Below are positions 24,933 to 38,597 of a stretch of 64,000 bases of DNA, in pieces. The notes beneath the pieces are model-generated. The model made no database searches. It was given only the letters and a program-made list of their open reading frames with translations, and was not told the origin of the DNA. The translations under genes and the position numbers were made by a program. Source of the stretch: Neoconidiobolus thromboides FSU 785 (taxonomy: Eukaryota > Fungi > Entomophthoromycota); the NCBI GenBank assembly GCA_025603075.1, contig MU626304.1:58518-122517 (forward strand). The letters are read 5' to 3'. Position 1 is the first letter of the stretch. The number at the start of each line of letters is the position of its first letter.

Positions 24933-25991
24933 TGTTAATATATGATTAATAAAGAGAGTAAAGAGTAATAAGTTTTATATTTTATATTGTTATAATATAA
25001 ATTGTTAAATTTATAGATTAATCATCCTTTTTAAAATGGTAAACTTTTTAAATGTTGTTTCAATTTGTTTGATTATATTATTTCAAGAATTGTTATAATC
25101 TTATTATAATGATACTTTACTAAATTGATTATTGAAACCTCTCATATCATTTAATCCAGATTACACACTTTAATCATTATATATTTTATCTCTTTTTGTA
25201 TAAAAGAAAATAGTAGAGATAGATTGAGAAATCATTAAGGCTAATTTTGAGGTATAGCCTAATAGATAAGTTTTATAGAAGAGAGAGAATATGATAGATC
25301 TCTATCTTAATTGAGTGAGGTAGGATTCGAACTCAAAACATCAAAAAGTTAGATATTACCTCTCAATTCAATTTTAGTTCCTTAAAAATATTTGTTTGAA
25401 TTAATTTTTACTTGAAATCTTGAATTATATTTAGAATTTCAATATCAGATTATTATTATCTGATATCATTAAAAAGTTTATAATATGTTTTCATTTTTTA
25501 AATTTGTTTTAATAAGTTAGTAATTCATTTTCATTGAACTGAAGTCAACCCTTTTTTATTATTTAAAAAATCTTTTAACTTTTGATTAGAAAATAAAATG
25601 TGTAAAGCTTAGTTTAATTTCTATGAATTCAAATTTTCCTTTTTTTTGAAGATAAAAGCGTAAATTGTATCACAAAGAAATACTATCCTTTCATTAACAT
25701 TGACAATAACAATAATAACAATAATAATACAACGACCTTTATGTTAAATATAATCTTATTAAAATGATATCATTAATTATTTAATAATATTTAATAAATA
25801 AGATGTTTTAAAATCGATTTTTCGATTTTTTAGCGGAGTTGTTAAAATTTTCCATTAAGTTAATTAACCAAGAATATAATTTCAGGGATGAAAACGGTAA
25901 TTACATGTGAAAAAGAAACCTTAAGAAAACTATACAAAAGAAAGAATTCTATAAGATTAATTGATTAATAAATTTAGTTTAAATTAAGAAG

Positions 25992-27788
25992 ATGTTTGGA
26001 TTTGATAGTAAAACATTATTAAAAAGTTTAGTTAATGAATATGGTGATGGTGGGCGATCAATCGCAGGAGATAACAAAGGAAAGATAACAACCGAAAGCA
26101 ATAAAGAAGGAATGAATTTTATACAAAATTTTAAATCAATATCACAATATTATCCAAAGAGTCCATTGTTAAATAGAATGTCATCGTCAACAGTAAAAGA
26201 GAATAAAGTTGAAATTAAAGTTGAAGTAAAAAGTGATAAAATCAACTTAAATGGAGATGAAGAAGATAAATTCATTTTAGTACCTGATTTTTTTAATTTT
26301 AATGAAATTGATATTTCAATCCCTTTTTTTGAAGGTAAAAAAAGGATATGGGATAGTTGGCATTCTATTAAACAAGCAATACCAAATGCTATACCGGTTC
26401 ATCCAAGTTCCTTTGGTTCATTACATGATAGAGCATGTGAAATATTTTATGAGCTTAAAGGGGGGAAAATAGATTATGGTAAAGAACATAGTAGAAAATA
26501 TTGTCATTCTCAATTTGGTTTATATTATGAAGGAGTATTAAAAGAATGGAATGAAGAAAAGCCTATTGTATTAATTGGTAAAGGCTATGGAGCTCAAACT
26601 ATTTTATATTTACAATATTTATTAGCTATTGATTTCTTTAAATGTCAAAGTAATGATAAATGGATTAAAGCAGTAATTACAATTGAAGGTTCTTTACGTG
26701 GTTCAACATTACCTTATGTGTTAGGTTTAAAACCATTTACTAAAAGTGTTATTCATCCTATTTCTATTTTACAATTAATACTAAGTTTGATTCATTTATT
26801 ATTATATTTTAATTTACCAGTAATTTATTTATTTGGACTGCAATTAATGAATTATTATTGGAATTTGTCTAAGAAACAACAAAGTTCTTTTTGGTGTGCT
26901 TTAATTGGACGTAGTTCTTATTCTAATTTAGAAGACAATTTTATTTATGATTATAGTTTAGAAGGAGCAGCATGGCATAGTAAATTATATCCCATATCAT
27001 CTAATTGTATTTATTTAAATTATGTAATAAGTAATTCAATGAAATCAAAAATTACAGGTTATCATTTACCCCGTCCAAGTCAATTTAAACGATTTTTATT
27101 AAGTTGGTTTTTAGGTAGATTTCAATTTATACATAATGATCTAAATGAATATGAAGAATTAACAAAATATTGGCCTAATAATGGATTAGTACCTACTATT
27201 TGTCAATTACCACCTAAACATCACCCGAATCAGTTTAAATTAGAATTACATAATAAAATATTAGATCCCATATTATATTCTATGGAATTAGGTAAATGGC
27301 ATACAATATTTACATGTCAACAAAACATGAGATTATTTCAATCTCAACAACAATTTTATGAATCAAATATTAAAAACACATATCAATTTTATTTGCAATA
27401 TCATTTAGATCCATTTTATTTGTTAATAATGGAAACAATTGAACAATGTTTAATTAAGATTTATTCCTCACTTAATCATCAGTATTTAAAACCAATATTA
27501 TTAATATATCAATTATTTTTATATTTAATAAATTATCAAAATATTTATGAAATATATCTAAAACAAAATAATAATAATAATAATAATAATAATAGTAATA
27601 CAACTATATTGGAACAATCAGATGAATCTGCTTTAATTTGGGCAAGACAAATTGAAACTAAAGCTTTTTTACAATCCCCATCATCTATTATACGCTGGAT
27701 GAATCAAACTAATTATCCTTCTAAATCTCATCAATTTAATATGGATGCTCAAACTATACGTAGAGTATTAGAAAGTAAAGAATCTTAA
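25992..27788 (+). CDS. Alpha/beta-hydrolase of the bacterial-type triacylglycerol lipase family, apparently catalytically defective
   Basis: SSFGSLHDRACEIFYELKGGKIDYGKEHSRKYCHSQFG...WNEEKPIVLIG is the family signature, but the nucleophile elbow reads GKGYG instead of xHSxG and NDGLV reads NNGLV. Confidence 0.75.
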   Translation: MFGFDSKTLLKSLVNEYGDGGRSIAGDNKGKITTESNKEGMNFIQNFKSISQYYPKSPLLNRMSSSTVKENKVEIKVEVKSDKINLNGDEEDKFILVPDFFNFNEIDISIPFFEGKKRIWDSWHSIKQAIPNAIPVHPSSFGSLHDRACEIFYELKGGKIDYGKEHSRKYCHSQFGLYYEGVLKEWNEEKPIVLIGKGYGAQTILYLQYLLAIDFFKCQSNDKWIKAVITIEGSLRGSTLPYVLGLKPFTKSVIHPISILQLILSLIHLLLYFNLPVIYLFGLQLMNYYWNLSKKQQSSFWCALIGRSSYSNLEDNFIYDYSLEGAAWHSKLYPISSNCIYLNYVISNSMKSKITGYHLPRPSQFKRFLLSWFLGRFQFIHNDLNEYEELTKYWPNNGLVPTICQLPPKHHPNQFKLELHNKILDPILYSMELGKWHTIFTCQQNMRLFQSQQQFYESNIKNTYQFYLQYHLDPFYLLIMETIEQCLIKIYSSLNHQYLKPILLIYQLFLYLINYQNIYEIYLKQNNNNNNNNNSNTTILEQSDESALIWARQIETKAFLQSPSSIIRWMNQTNYPSKSHQFNMDAQTIRRVLESKES

Positions 27789-27877
27789 ATAAATAAATTT
27801 ATTATTTTTACTATTATATTTTATTATTATTTTATTTCTATATAATTTATTAAATTAATATCTATATTATATATATC

Positions 27878-29476
27878 TTAATCTATAATGTTTGGATGAT
27901 CTAATAAAGTAATATTTAACAATTTATATAATGTTCTCATTTTATGTTGATTAGCATTTGACTGTGGAATTAATGTAATGACTCTACCCCAACTACTATT
28001 ATGGTTTTGACCACCCATTAATCGTCCTACTCTACCTGCCATATGTTGATAATCTTGAATTGTACCTGGATAACCTAAGATAAATACATGACTTAAATCA
28101 CATACTTCTATACCTCGAGCATTAAAATAGTTACTAACATATAACTTTGGTATATCTTCAATTTCAGTTTCAATAATATTAGATTGAATTGGAAATGATT
28201 TTTGTAAATCAATAGCATTAATACCCATTTTATTTAATTTTATAATAACATCTTCTACTTTTATTGAATGAGGTATAAACACTAATCCCTTTTTAACTTG
28301 ATCTGCATGAGCAGCTAAAGCTATACTTTCTAATAATTGAATATCATTTACTTTAATAATATTGTTTTCAATATTTTCTTTTTTAACTTTATTTTCTTGT
28401 TCTTCTTCTATATTAGGTAACATTAATTTATGACTTTCTGGATTTGTATCTAAATTAATAACTCTTTCTTTACTTACTACTAAACACATATGCTCTAATG
28501 TAGTTGGTATACTATTAGCAATATCGGCATTGACATCGATATAAATAGGATATTTCATCCAATTTCTTTGTTTTAAATAATGTCGAATACCTCGATTTAA
28601 TGTTGCTGACATAACTAATAATTTAATATTCAATTGTTTTTTATTAATTAATTCATCTAGTATTATACTACTTGGTTTTGGATGAGTTTCTCTAACCCAT
28701 TGTTTTTTTAATGAAGCATGACGTGTGGGTAGACGTAATAAATGATCTACTTCATCTAATATTATTCTTGATAAGCTATTTAAATTAAGTGTATTTTCTT
28801 TATGAATTAATTCTAATAATCGATTAGGCGTACTAACTATTATATTAGGTTTATATTTAATTAAATTGGCTTCTTGTTCTGCTTCTTTATGTTGATCTTT
28901 ATATATCACTTGTAAATTATAATTTTGATTATTATTATTATCATTATTGTTAATTTTATTATACCAATTTTCAATTTGAATAGCTAATTCTTTATTTGGC
29001 ACAATAAAAATGGTATCAAGTTGATTATCTTTTTTTACTTTCATTTGATTTATTAAATATAATAAGGTTATAAATGTTTTTCCAGTTCCAGTCATACTCT
29101 TTAATATAATTTCTTTATCTAAAGATAAATAATTTAATAAATATTGTTGCATTAAAGTCGGTTTATAAATATTAAATTTTTCTTCTAAAGTTTGTATAAT
29201 GTCGTTTCCTATATTTAAATCCTAATTTTTTATTATAACATTATTATTAGTTTTAATAGAAATAATCTACATTAATAAATTATAGCTTACCTTAAAATTA
29301 GTTTTATTTTTTTCAATTGTATCATTCGCTTCATTATGAATACATCTTAATTTATTTTTTATATTATTGAATGTTATTATTGGTACTTTATTTATTAATA
29401 AACGAGTCTTTAATAACTGACTCATTCTATTAACATTTATTGATCCATTTAATCTACTTAATATTTTTGATATCAT
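27878..29476 (-). CDS. DEAD-box RNA helicase, probably mitochondrial, 2 exons
   Basis: Presequence-like exon 1 (MISKILSRLNGSINVNRMSQLLKTRLL). Motifs PTLMQ, SMTGTGKT, PNKELAIQ, STPNRL, DEVD, SAT, ARGIE, HMAGRVGR. Confidence 0.85.
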
Positions 29477-29651
29477 TTGAAACTATTTTTAATATTTTTG
29501 TAATAAAATAACAAAAATAATAAAAGCAAAAATCAATTTGAATTTTAGATTCAAGTTTGCCAATAGAATAATCAACCTAACTTGATTAGCTTAAGCTAAA
29601 AATTTAAAATATGAAGTAAAAAAATAAACTTTATTTTTTTATATAATTATA

Positions 29652-30366
29652 ATGAGTAATACAAATCAAAAAGTAGTATTTTTTTATTTAATTATTAATA
29701 TAAAGAATAATCGTTATTTTTTAAAAGTTTAGTCTAAATTCTTTTTCCTTTTTATTTTCCGAACTTATTCAATATTCCCAAAACCGAGTAGATGGTATAC
29801 AAGATTTAGAAAAAAAGTAATTATTAGTGTATATTTATTCTATATAAAATCTATAACTCATATCAATAGATTAAATGAAATTGGCAAAAGGGTAGGCATA
29901 CGTGCGTTAGAGATCCTAACACTCCGAGGCAAAGGGGGTTTATTTTCAGCTAAAAGAGAGATTCGAGTACAAGATTTATTAACTTTTATAAGCACTATAT
30001 TATGGCAATTTTTATTTGATAAAGCTGTCGATGCATTTGAAAGATCGACAGAATCCCCAGAAGAATATATGTTATCTGATAATGAGCCTTTATTTATTAG
30101 ATATATATCTGTACCTAAAGAATTAAGTCAATTTAATGCTAATGCCTTTGTAGCTGGTATTGTTGAAGGGGTTTTACAAGCGGGACAATATGTAATTTAC
30201 TAGTTTGTAATTTATTATTTGATATAATAATTCTTTTTTATTATAGCCTTGTAGAGTTACTGCACACTCTGTACCAGCTCCTGGGTTTCCATCTAGAACA
30301 ACGATATTAATAAAATTAGATGCTAGTATATTAGAAAGAGAAGCTCAATTAAATAGGTTTAAATAA
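29652..30366 (+). CDS. TRS31: TRAPP complex subunit Trs31/TRAPPC5
   Basis: [38 protein letters not shown]...EYMLSDNEP...ISVPKELSQFNANAFVAGIVEGVL...PCRVTAH. Confidence 0.93.
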
Positions 30367-30377
30367 AACTAATAACT

Positions 30378-30378
<1 letters not shown>

Positions 30379-30433
<55 letters not shown>
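30379..30433. repeat. (TAA)n microsatellite, about 18 units, between convergent TRS31 and DHR1 3' ends
   Basis: Uninterrupted taataataa run read directly from the sequence. Confidence 0.95.
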
Positions 30434-30490
30434 TAAATCTATTTTTATTTCTATTTTATTTCTATTTTATTTATTTATTTAAAATAAATA

Positions 30491-33400
30491 TTATTTTTTA
30501 AGTTGATTTAATGAAATTGTATGATTAGGTAATGGCCAATATTTTGGACCATAACTACAATTTACTTTAACTAACTGATTTGCTGTATTAAATTCTTTAA
30601 TAGATTGAACTGCATTTTGTAATTTAGATAAACTATCTTTATCATTTATAGGTTTACTAAAATTAACTAATGGTTTAGCTACATTAATTAGCCATTTACT
30701 TTCGACTACAGTGACATCTGAATAAAATAATATATTAATTATATTACATATTATATATTATATATCATTATTACCTTGCATTAGTACTGTACCAGAAGAA
30801 GATTTACTTAATTGAGTATAAACAATAAAAGGTGGAGGAGGAGAATGTAAATATAAAGCGGAAGCTGGATGAATATAAGCATCTTCATCACTCCACATCA
30901 ATTTATAAGCTGGAGTTGATTTTATACCTTTTCCACTATAACTTTCTTTATTTTTATCAACTAATGTTTTTAATACAGCTACTTGATCTACAAACCCAGC
31001 TAACAAAATCTGCCTTAAAGCTAAACACTAAAATAATAATTATATTATATTATTATTATGTTATTATTTTGTTATTTATAGAATTAAAATACCTGTGTTG
31101 GTGAAGGTGGGGGTAATTTAGGATCTAATGTTACATCTATATTCGGACAATATAATTGAACTAAATTTGTTAATTGTCGACGCATTTTGCGAATTTCATC
31201 CATTGCCTATAATAGTAATTATTATTAATGTTTAACTTATTGATGTTATTATTATATAATTTATTACTTTGATTCTCACAAAATTATCATTACAAAATTG
31301 ATCATTACCACCATCATATTCATAAGCACCAATTACATTTAATACTCTTAAATGATCACTTGTAGGTACTTTACCAGTAAATTTCTAAAGTTATAATTTG
31401 ATATTAAATGTCAAATATTAAATAAACAAAGTCTTACAGCTAAAGCTTGATAAAATTTCTTTTTTTGAGATGAATTTAGTAACTTTTCTTGTTCATCTTC
31501 ATCTTCATTAATAGCTTCAATTGCTTGATGTTCTTTTAGAAATGGATCACCAACGGAAAGTGCTGCTACTAAAGCAATTACATAGGGCATACATCCATGT
31601 TGTTGTCCAATTGCTAGGCTAAAATAAATTATTAATATAATAAAAGAAAAACTTATTTATTTTAGGATATTTTACATTTTAGAAAATCTTGGTGATACTG
31701 GAAACATAGACATAAGTGTACCTAAAGGTACTATTTTTTTAGTATCCATATCAATTGCACCTAAGTAACTTAATAATCTTTCCGCTTTTTGTATAGATGC
31801 TTTGGATGGTGGTGTTGGAAATGGAAAGTTGGCAACTTTATCTAAATTCATACTTTTCATTTGTAATACAACACCTATTAAAATATTATAAATTATTATT
31901 ATTAAATTAAATTTTATATTACCTTCTATTGGATTTCTAAATATTTCAGGTTCAGAAAATTGTTCAAAATAATCATTAAATACAGCTGATGAGTAAATAC
32001 GATAACAATGCCCAGGTCCAGTACGACCAGCACGACCAGCTCTCTATGATAAGAATAATCGTTATTAAAAATAATAATTTAGAATTAAAATAAATAATAA
32101 TTACTTGATCAGCTGAAGCTTTAGATATCCAATCAATTTTAAAATTTGATATATTTGATTTTGAATCATAATGTTTTTCTTTGGCTTTACCGACATCAAT
32201 AACATATCTTATATTTGGAATTGTCAAAGATGTTTCTGCTACATTAGTAGCAACTACACATAATCTATGTCCAGCTGGTGGATCTTCAAATACTTTGAGT
32301 TGTTGTTGAGTTGGCAACATTGCATATAATGGAAGTACATACAATGGTTCTATAAAAATAATATTTGGTTAATATATGTATATACATTGTATTATGTAAA
32401 TATAAAAACCATTTAAAATTTACCATGTGTAGCTTCTTCAGAAAGTTCTAAATGTTCTATATCATCACCTTCTAATTCTTCTTCTGAATTTCCAAATTCA
32501 AGTTCTTGATCTTCATCAAAATCTTCATAATTATCATCATTATTTAAATCTTCAGCTTCAATATTAATATCAGCTTTTAATTTCACATCCGAAATGGTAT
32601 TCTTCTTAGATTCTTTTGAATTTGGAAATTTTGATTTTAATTTTCGACAAAGTCCTTGAATTTCATTTTGCCCAGTTAAAAATACTAAGATTCCGCCAGG
32701 TGGTAAACGTGTATGTATTTTTACTATCTTTTTAAATGCTTCACCAATATAATCACGTTGGGGTGTATGTTTATTAAAATGAACTGTAACTGGGTATTGT
32801 CTAGCATCTACTTTAATTACTGGCGGTATATTATTACTAGAGAATAAACTGGCATTGTTTCTAAAATCTTCAACTCTAAGAGTAGCAGACATAATAATTA
32901 ATTTGAGTGGCTAATAAATAAATTTTAATATATACTGTTTTACTAATATAAAACAAATTACTTTAACACCTGATTTACCCTCTCTATAAAGGTTATTTCT
33001 TAATTTCAAGGCTCTAGAAAGAACACCAATTAAAATATCTGTATTTAAAGTACGTTCATGAGCTTCATCTAATAAAATAGCCGAGTATTTATTAAGTAAT
33101 AAATCTTGGGAAATTTCACGAAGTAAAACACCATCTGTCATAAATTTAATTTTTGTATCTTTTGAAACAGTAGCGTCATATCTAATTTGATAAGAAACAA
33201 CCTTTGTATCTGTATTTAATTCTTTTGACACTCGATTGGCCATACTAACAGCAGCAACCCTTCTAGGTTGAGTAACACCAATTAATCCTAAATTTGAAGA
33301 CTCTGGATGACCATAACCAGCTTCATATAAAAATTGAGGCAATTGTGTAGTTTTACCTGAACCCGTTTCACCACAAATAATTATAGCATCATTAGCTTCA

Positions 33401-34404
33401 ATAGCTTCCATTATTACTTGTTCTTCACCACATACTGGTAATTTCATTCTTGCAGCTTGTATTTCTTCAGATCTATTTACAGTAACATAAAACTTATCTT
33501 CTTTCCCTTTTATTGGATTCGTTATTGGTTTAATTAACGGCTTACTGGCATTGACTGATACTTCTAGTTTATTAGTTGGTGCCTGTAAATAAGATAATGA
33601 AGTGGTTGGGTTATTTTCTATATTTTTTTCTATAACTTCTTCATTATCCTCTTTTTCAGATTCATCTTTTTCTTTCTCATTATCAGATTTGGATTGAGAA
33701 TCTGTCTCGGAGCTGTCAAAATCACTTGAAGATAACTCAGTGTTATTGCGTTTAAGTAACTCTTTAACTGAAACCATACTTTTTTTTTTTTTAACTCTTT
33801 TAGGAATTGTTCCAGGTTGTAAACCAGATTTAAGAGCTGACCCAATACCCAATTGAATAGTTCCTTGCTTTGTATTAGAAAGGGATTTAGCTAATTCCAT
33901 AGTTGATTTGGCATAACTTTCCATTGAATTTAAAACTTCTTCTTCATCATCGACTTCTCTTTCTACTACTAAACGTACGCTTTTATCAGTAATTGGTATA
34001 CCTGCTTTTTGTTGGTTTAATGCATGTCTTAACTTTTCACGAGTTGTCATTTTAGATTGTCCTAAAGTTTTACTTGAAAGCATCAAATCTGAAGTGAAAG
34101 TACTTTGACTACTTTGTGTTAATAATCTATTTCTTTTTCATTTATAAAATTAATCTTACGAAAGCTTTTTAAATAGCTCTTCCTTTTCTTCTTTGGCTAG
34201 TTTTTTTTTCTATGAATTTAAAAATCAAATTAATTATATTGTTTTTATAACTAATAGCAAACTTACAATATAATTATCTAATCTTTTCTTTTTCTTTGGG
34301 TTCATCTTAGAATTCTTTTCTTGAATTTCATCTCCTTTGGTTTCTTGGCCTACTTCCAAATCTTCTACTTTCGATTTATCTTTATTTTTATCTTTTCTTT
34401 TCAT
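30491..34404 (-). CDS. DHR1: DEAH-box RNA helicase Dhr1/Ecm16 (DHX37), multi-exon
   Basis: [84 protein letters not shown]-terminal SSKTLGQ. Confidence 0.95.
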
Positions 34405-35020
34405 TTTAATTTATAAAAATTCGATTTTACAAATCAAGGAATATTTTAAATTTTAAAAGCTCGAACTTAATTTTATTTTAAAAAATTGAATTGACATTTT
34501 ATACTTTGGGAAAAATATTAAATTATATATTATAACTACATTATAACATCGAATGTAATTTAAGTTTTTAGAAAGAACAAATAACTATTAACTAGTTTAG
34601 AAAGAGTAAGCTAATAATCTTACATTTGTAATACTAATAAAAAAAAAGCTATAAAATCACAAACCAAAAAATACTTTGACATTTCATATTCTTATAGAAT
34701 AATGTTTTAATTGTTTAGTAGTAGTCATACTTAGGATCCTGTATTATTTTATACTACTTAACTACTTTTGAACTTATAATTCCACTAATCACTGCGTAAA
34801 TTAAAATTAAAATTTGCAAATTTATGAATCAACTAATAAAATGATAGAATAAGAAAATACTCAATATTTTCAACCAATTATATATTGAAATAAATTGAAT
34901 TTCAACAAATTAAAATTTAAAATAATGAAAAATTTTTAAAGGCAATCCAAGTTATTTTGATACAAATTGAAAAAATTTTCGGTCCCTTTCTCAATCCCAT
35001 AAAGTAAGATATAAAGAAAC

Positions 35021-35420
35021 ATGGAGAACTCTGATGGTAAAATTGTCGATCTTTACGTCCCACGTAAATGGTAATATTCAGCTATAAGATCAGATATTAT
35101 ATATTATAATACATATAAAATTGAAAAAAATTGAGGATTGATACTAATTAATCAAATTTAGCTCTGCCACCAACCGTTTAATTGGTGCCAAAGATCATGC
35201 TTCTGTCCAAATTAACATTGGAGAAGTTGATGCTAGTGGTAAATACACTGGTGCCTTCAAAACCTATGCTCTCTCCGGTTTTGTTCGTCATTTAGGTGAA
35301 TCTGATGATTCCCTTAACCGTCTTGCTACTCGTGATGGTTATCTTAACAAGTGAGTATTTTGAAAGTTCTATATTTATTAATGCTAATATCTTTATAGTG
35401 TTTACAGTGCCCAGCTTTAA
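35021..35420 (+). CDS. RPS21: 40S ribosomal protein S21 (eS21), 3 exons
   Basis: [17 protein letters not shown]|[23 protein letters not shown]...[11 protein letters not shown]. Confidence 0.97.
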
Positions 35421-36028
35421 ATTAATTTTGGGTGAATAAAAGTAGTAAATTATTAAAAGTTGTTTATTTCCAAGAGATATTGTATATAAATTTAAACTAA
35501 GAAAAGATAAGAGGATTTTTCTTACTTGTTTTCTTTGATTTGATTATAGTTGTTGGTTTGTTAAATAATATTATAGTTCGAGTTTAATGAAATTTAAAGA
35601 ATTCACTTGAAATGAAGATATATTATGTACAAAATATTTCCATAGATGTAAAATATAATTCAAATCAATATATACAAGTCTTTCTTACAATACCCAAAAT
35701 AAAGTATTTTCATATAAATTATAATCAGTGAATTTTTTATGTTTTATTACTTTTGATTTTGTATTAGCAAATTTTAGTTTATAATTATAATAATTGTTAT
35801 GATAGATTTTGTATTTGACTATTGGTATATGAAACATATTAGCTTTAAGTTATATTTTATAATTGAATATTTCAATATTTCATTTCAGACTTAATTCAAA
35901 TGGATAAATTTAAATCAATCTAGATTATTTCTAATTTCAAAGTATAGTAATATCATTTTAAAGTATTTATCAAAAATTTAAAAATTATATATAAATAAAC
36001 ATTGAAACTAATAATACATCTAACGTAC

Positions 36029-36126
36029 AGGGATGTATTCTTTTGTTTAAGAATTTTACTAGCAACTTTTCCACTTAAATAGCGTTTTAAAAATGGAAAA
36101 GTGAGGAAACCAAAAAAAACACCTCC
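36029..36126 (-). mobile_element. MITE-like element family A, copy 4 (reverse orientation)
   Basis: Reverse complement matches the consensus. Ends slightly decayed; flanks GTAC / ATAC (3 of 4 match). Confidence 0.8.
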
Positions 36127-36971
36127 ATACACTTATTAAAATTCCAAACTGTGTGTTTTACACAAAAAAAATTATTTCTCTAGCATGAAACTATTATGAG
36201 TAAAATAAAAGATAAATAGCTTTATTTATTAAATTTTAAAAAAACGCTTAATATAAAAATTTAATACATATTAATAAGGTTTATAGTAGCTTTAAAAAAC
36301 AATCACATGTAGTCAGATTTTATGGAGAGTGCTATTTTTATAATGCTAATCTTTTAATTTTGATCTATTTGAAAAAAATACTATCAAATTAAATATCATT
36401 GTAAAAACACACTATATTCTATAAATTTTATATATCTATAGCACTTATCATCAAAGACTATTTTGAAGCTTTGAAATAATGTTTATAAATATCTAATTGA
36501 AGAAGCATATTTGGCAATAAGTGTTTTGTTATATATAAATCAAATGTTAGTACCAAAAGCATTTATAGAAATGTTTCAAAAGTGAATAGATTGCCTTTTA
36601 GAATTTAAAATAATGATAAAATACAATACAATACAATACAGAAAATTAAACCATAGTTTTTATCATTTAAATAATATTCTTTTTCTTTATTAAATTAAAA
36701 TAAATGATCGGTGGGGTTCTAATAACTTAAACAAAATCAAACTAAAATAATACCTTAATTATATATTACATGTGCAGTAAACAAAGTATATAAAAACTTA
36801 AATATTAAACCAAAACTATTAAAAATATTTGGAACATTATTATTTGAAAAGTAGATGTGAAAATAAAATTTCCATCAAAATAAATTCAACATTAGACTTG
36901 ATATATTTCCGTTTCTTCCTTTGAATAATTTAGTTAGTCAAAAACCTTTATTTTTATGAAACAGTAACTGT

Positions 36972-37422
36972 TTATTCGTCAACAGTTTCGGTGAGGAGAC
37001 CTAAATATTAGATTAAAATTACAATGATTAATTAAAGTATTACCTTTGAAAGATGGAACTTTAACGTAGGTAACATAGGTGAAAAGCTTGTTTTTGGAGT
37101 CTTCACTTTCGTTACGCTTACGAGATAAACGAACGCGGATACGATGATCAACGTTCTTTACACCACGGTGCCATACGGCCTTGTTTAAAGCAGGGTCAAG
37201 ACGGACATCTTGGGTACCCATAGATTTAACAGCGAATTCCTTAATGGCTTTGATGGCTTTTGGAGTACGCTTCTTGAAAGAACTATTTTTTTTAAAAAAG
37301 TATAATGAATTGTAATAATTTTCTTACGATCCGTGTACGTATTTGTGAAGATGAATGGTATATTCACGGGTTACAACATCGGAAAGAGTTGAACGTTTAT
37401 TTCCCTTTTTTTCGTTGACCAT
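36972..37422 (-). CDS. RPL31: 60S ribosomal protein L31 (eL31), 3 exons
   Basis: [18 protein letters not shown]...[36 protein letters not shown]...GLLTETVDE*. Confidence 0.97.
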
Positions 37423-38154
37423 TTTAACTATTTATGTAAAGTTTTAGTTTTTTGGCAAAAAAATCTGAAATATACTCAAAATAGTATCCCAAAATAAAAT
37501 AGCAGCTTTATATCATAATTTACATACCTAATTAGTGTTTATTTGGATTAGGTGTCCGTTAAACTGAAAGAGAGAGTCAATCAGAATATTAACTAGATAC
37601 TTAAAAAATTTGCTTTGATTTTGAAAATTTTACCCCTGCCAGAATCCCTCCAATCATATTTCAATAGTATCTAGATTTTATCAAATTATATTAAATTTTA
37701 CTGATTTTGCAGTTCACCAATTTTTCAAAATTTCGAAATTTAAGATTTTTAGTAACTTTAAAATAATTTTATAATATAGTTAAAATATTATTTACATGTC
37801 TTTATTTAATAACATATTATATATTATATAAGATTATATATAACAAGTAGTGATTTTTAATTTTTAGATGCATTTTAGCGAATCTTTATTAATTTAGTGA
37901 GCTTCTTTTTTAATCGAAATTTTGTTTACTTTTTATGCACCATAAAATTGAAAAAATTATTAGTGATCCAAATCATACAAAAAAAGATCCCATATATTGT
38001 TGAATGAGATATTTTGCCAATCTGATATATAAAACATTCAACTAATAATTCTATCTATTATACTGAATATGGACCTAAATAAAACTAAATATAGTTAAAT
38101 CATCTATTACCTTGTTATTTATATTTGATTCAATCATTTTTCAAATTAAAATAT

Positions 38155-38250
38155 AAAGATTTTTTGGTTTCATCACTTTTTCCATTTTTTTAAACGCTAT
38201 TTGAGTGGAAAGATTGTTGGTAAGATTCTTAAACAAAAAAACCTATTCTC
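38155..38250 (+). mobile_element. MITE-like element family A, copy 5 (termini decayed)
   Basis: Internal consensus TTTTTGGTTTCATCACTTTTTCCAT...GCTATTTGAGTGGAAAG...TTCTTAAACAAAAAAA is present. G/C termini eroded, but ATAT flanks remain at the expected spacing. Confidence 0.7.
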
Positions 38251-38597
38251 ATATTGTTTTTATAATGCTTGTTTTTAAGCTTCATTTGAATATCTGTATT
38301 AAAGCTGGGAATTGACTATCATGCCACGAAATTATAATAGATTACAAATAGTTCAATGTTTGTAACCTTTATCATTTTGATTGTATTTAGCTACACCAAT
38401 AAAGGTGTATTTGAAATATAAATATAAATTATTTAGTTAAACTAAATTTGTTACACTCTGTTTTATTTATATATATTATAAAACTTTAGAAAAGACTAAT
38501 TTTTATAAACTTTATATATTTACAATTTGTAGTTAAAGCTCACTCATAGCCAAACTATTTAGCTGTAGTTATGTTATAAATAATAAATTGATCAAAT

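Noticed and set aside
31660-31680. ATATCCT near an intron as a possible U12-type 5' splice site
   Set aside because: The reading frame is restored by an ordinary GT-AG intron starting GTAAAT; the motif is internal.
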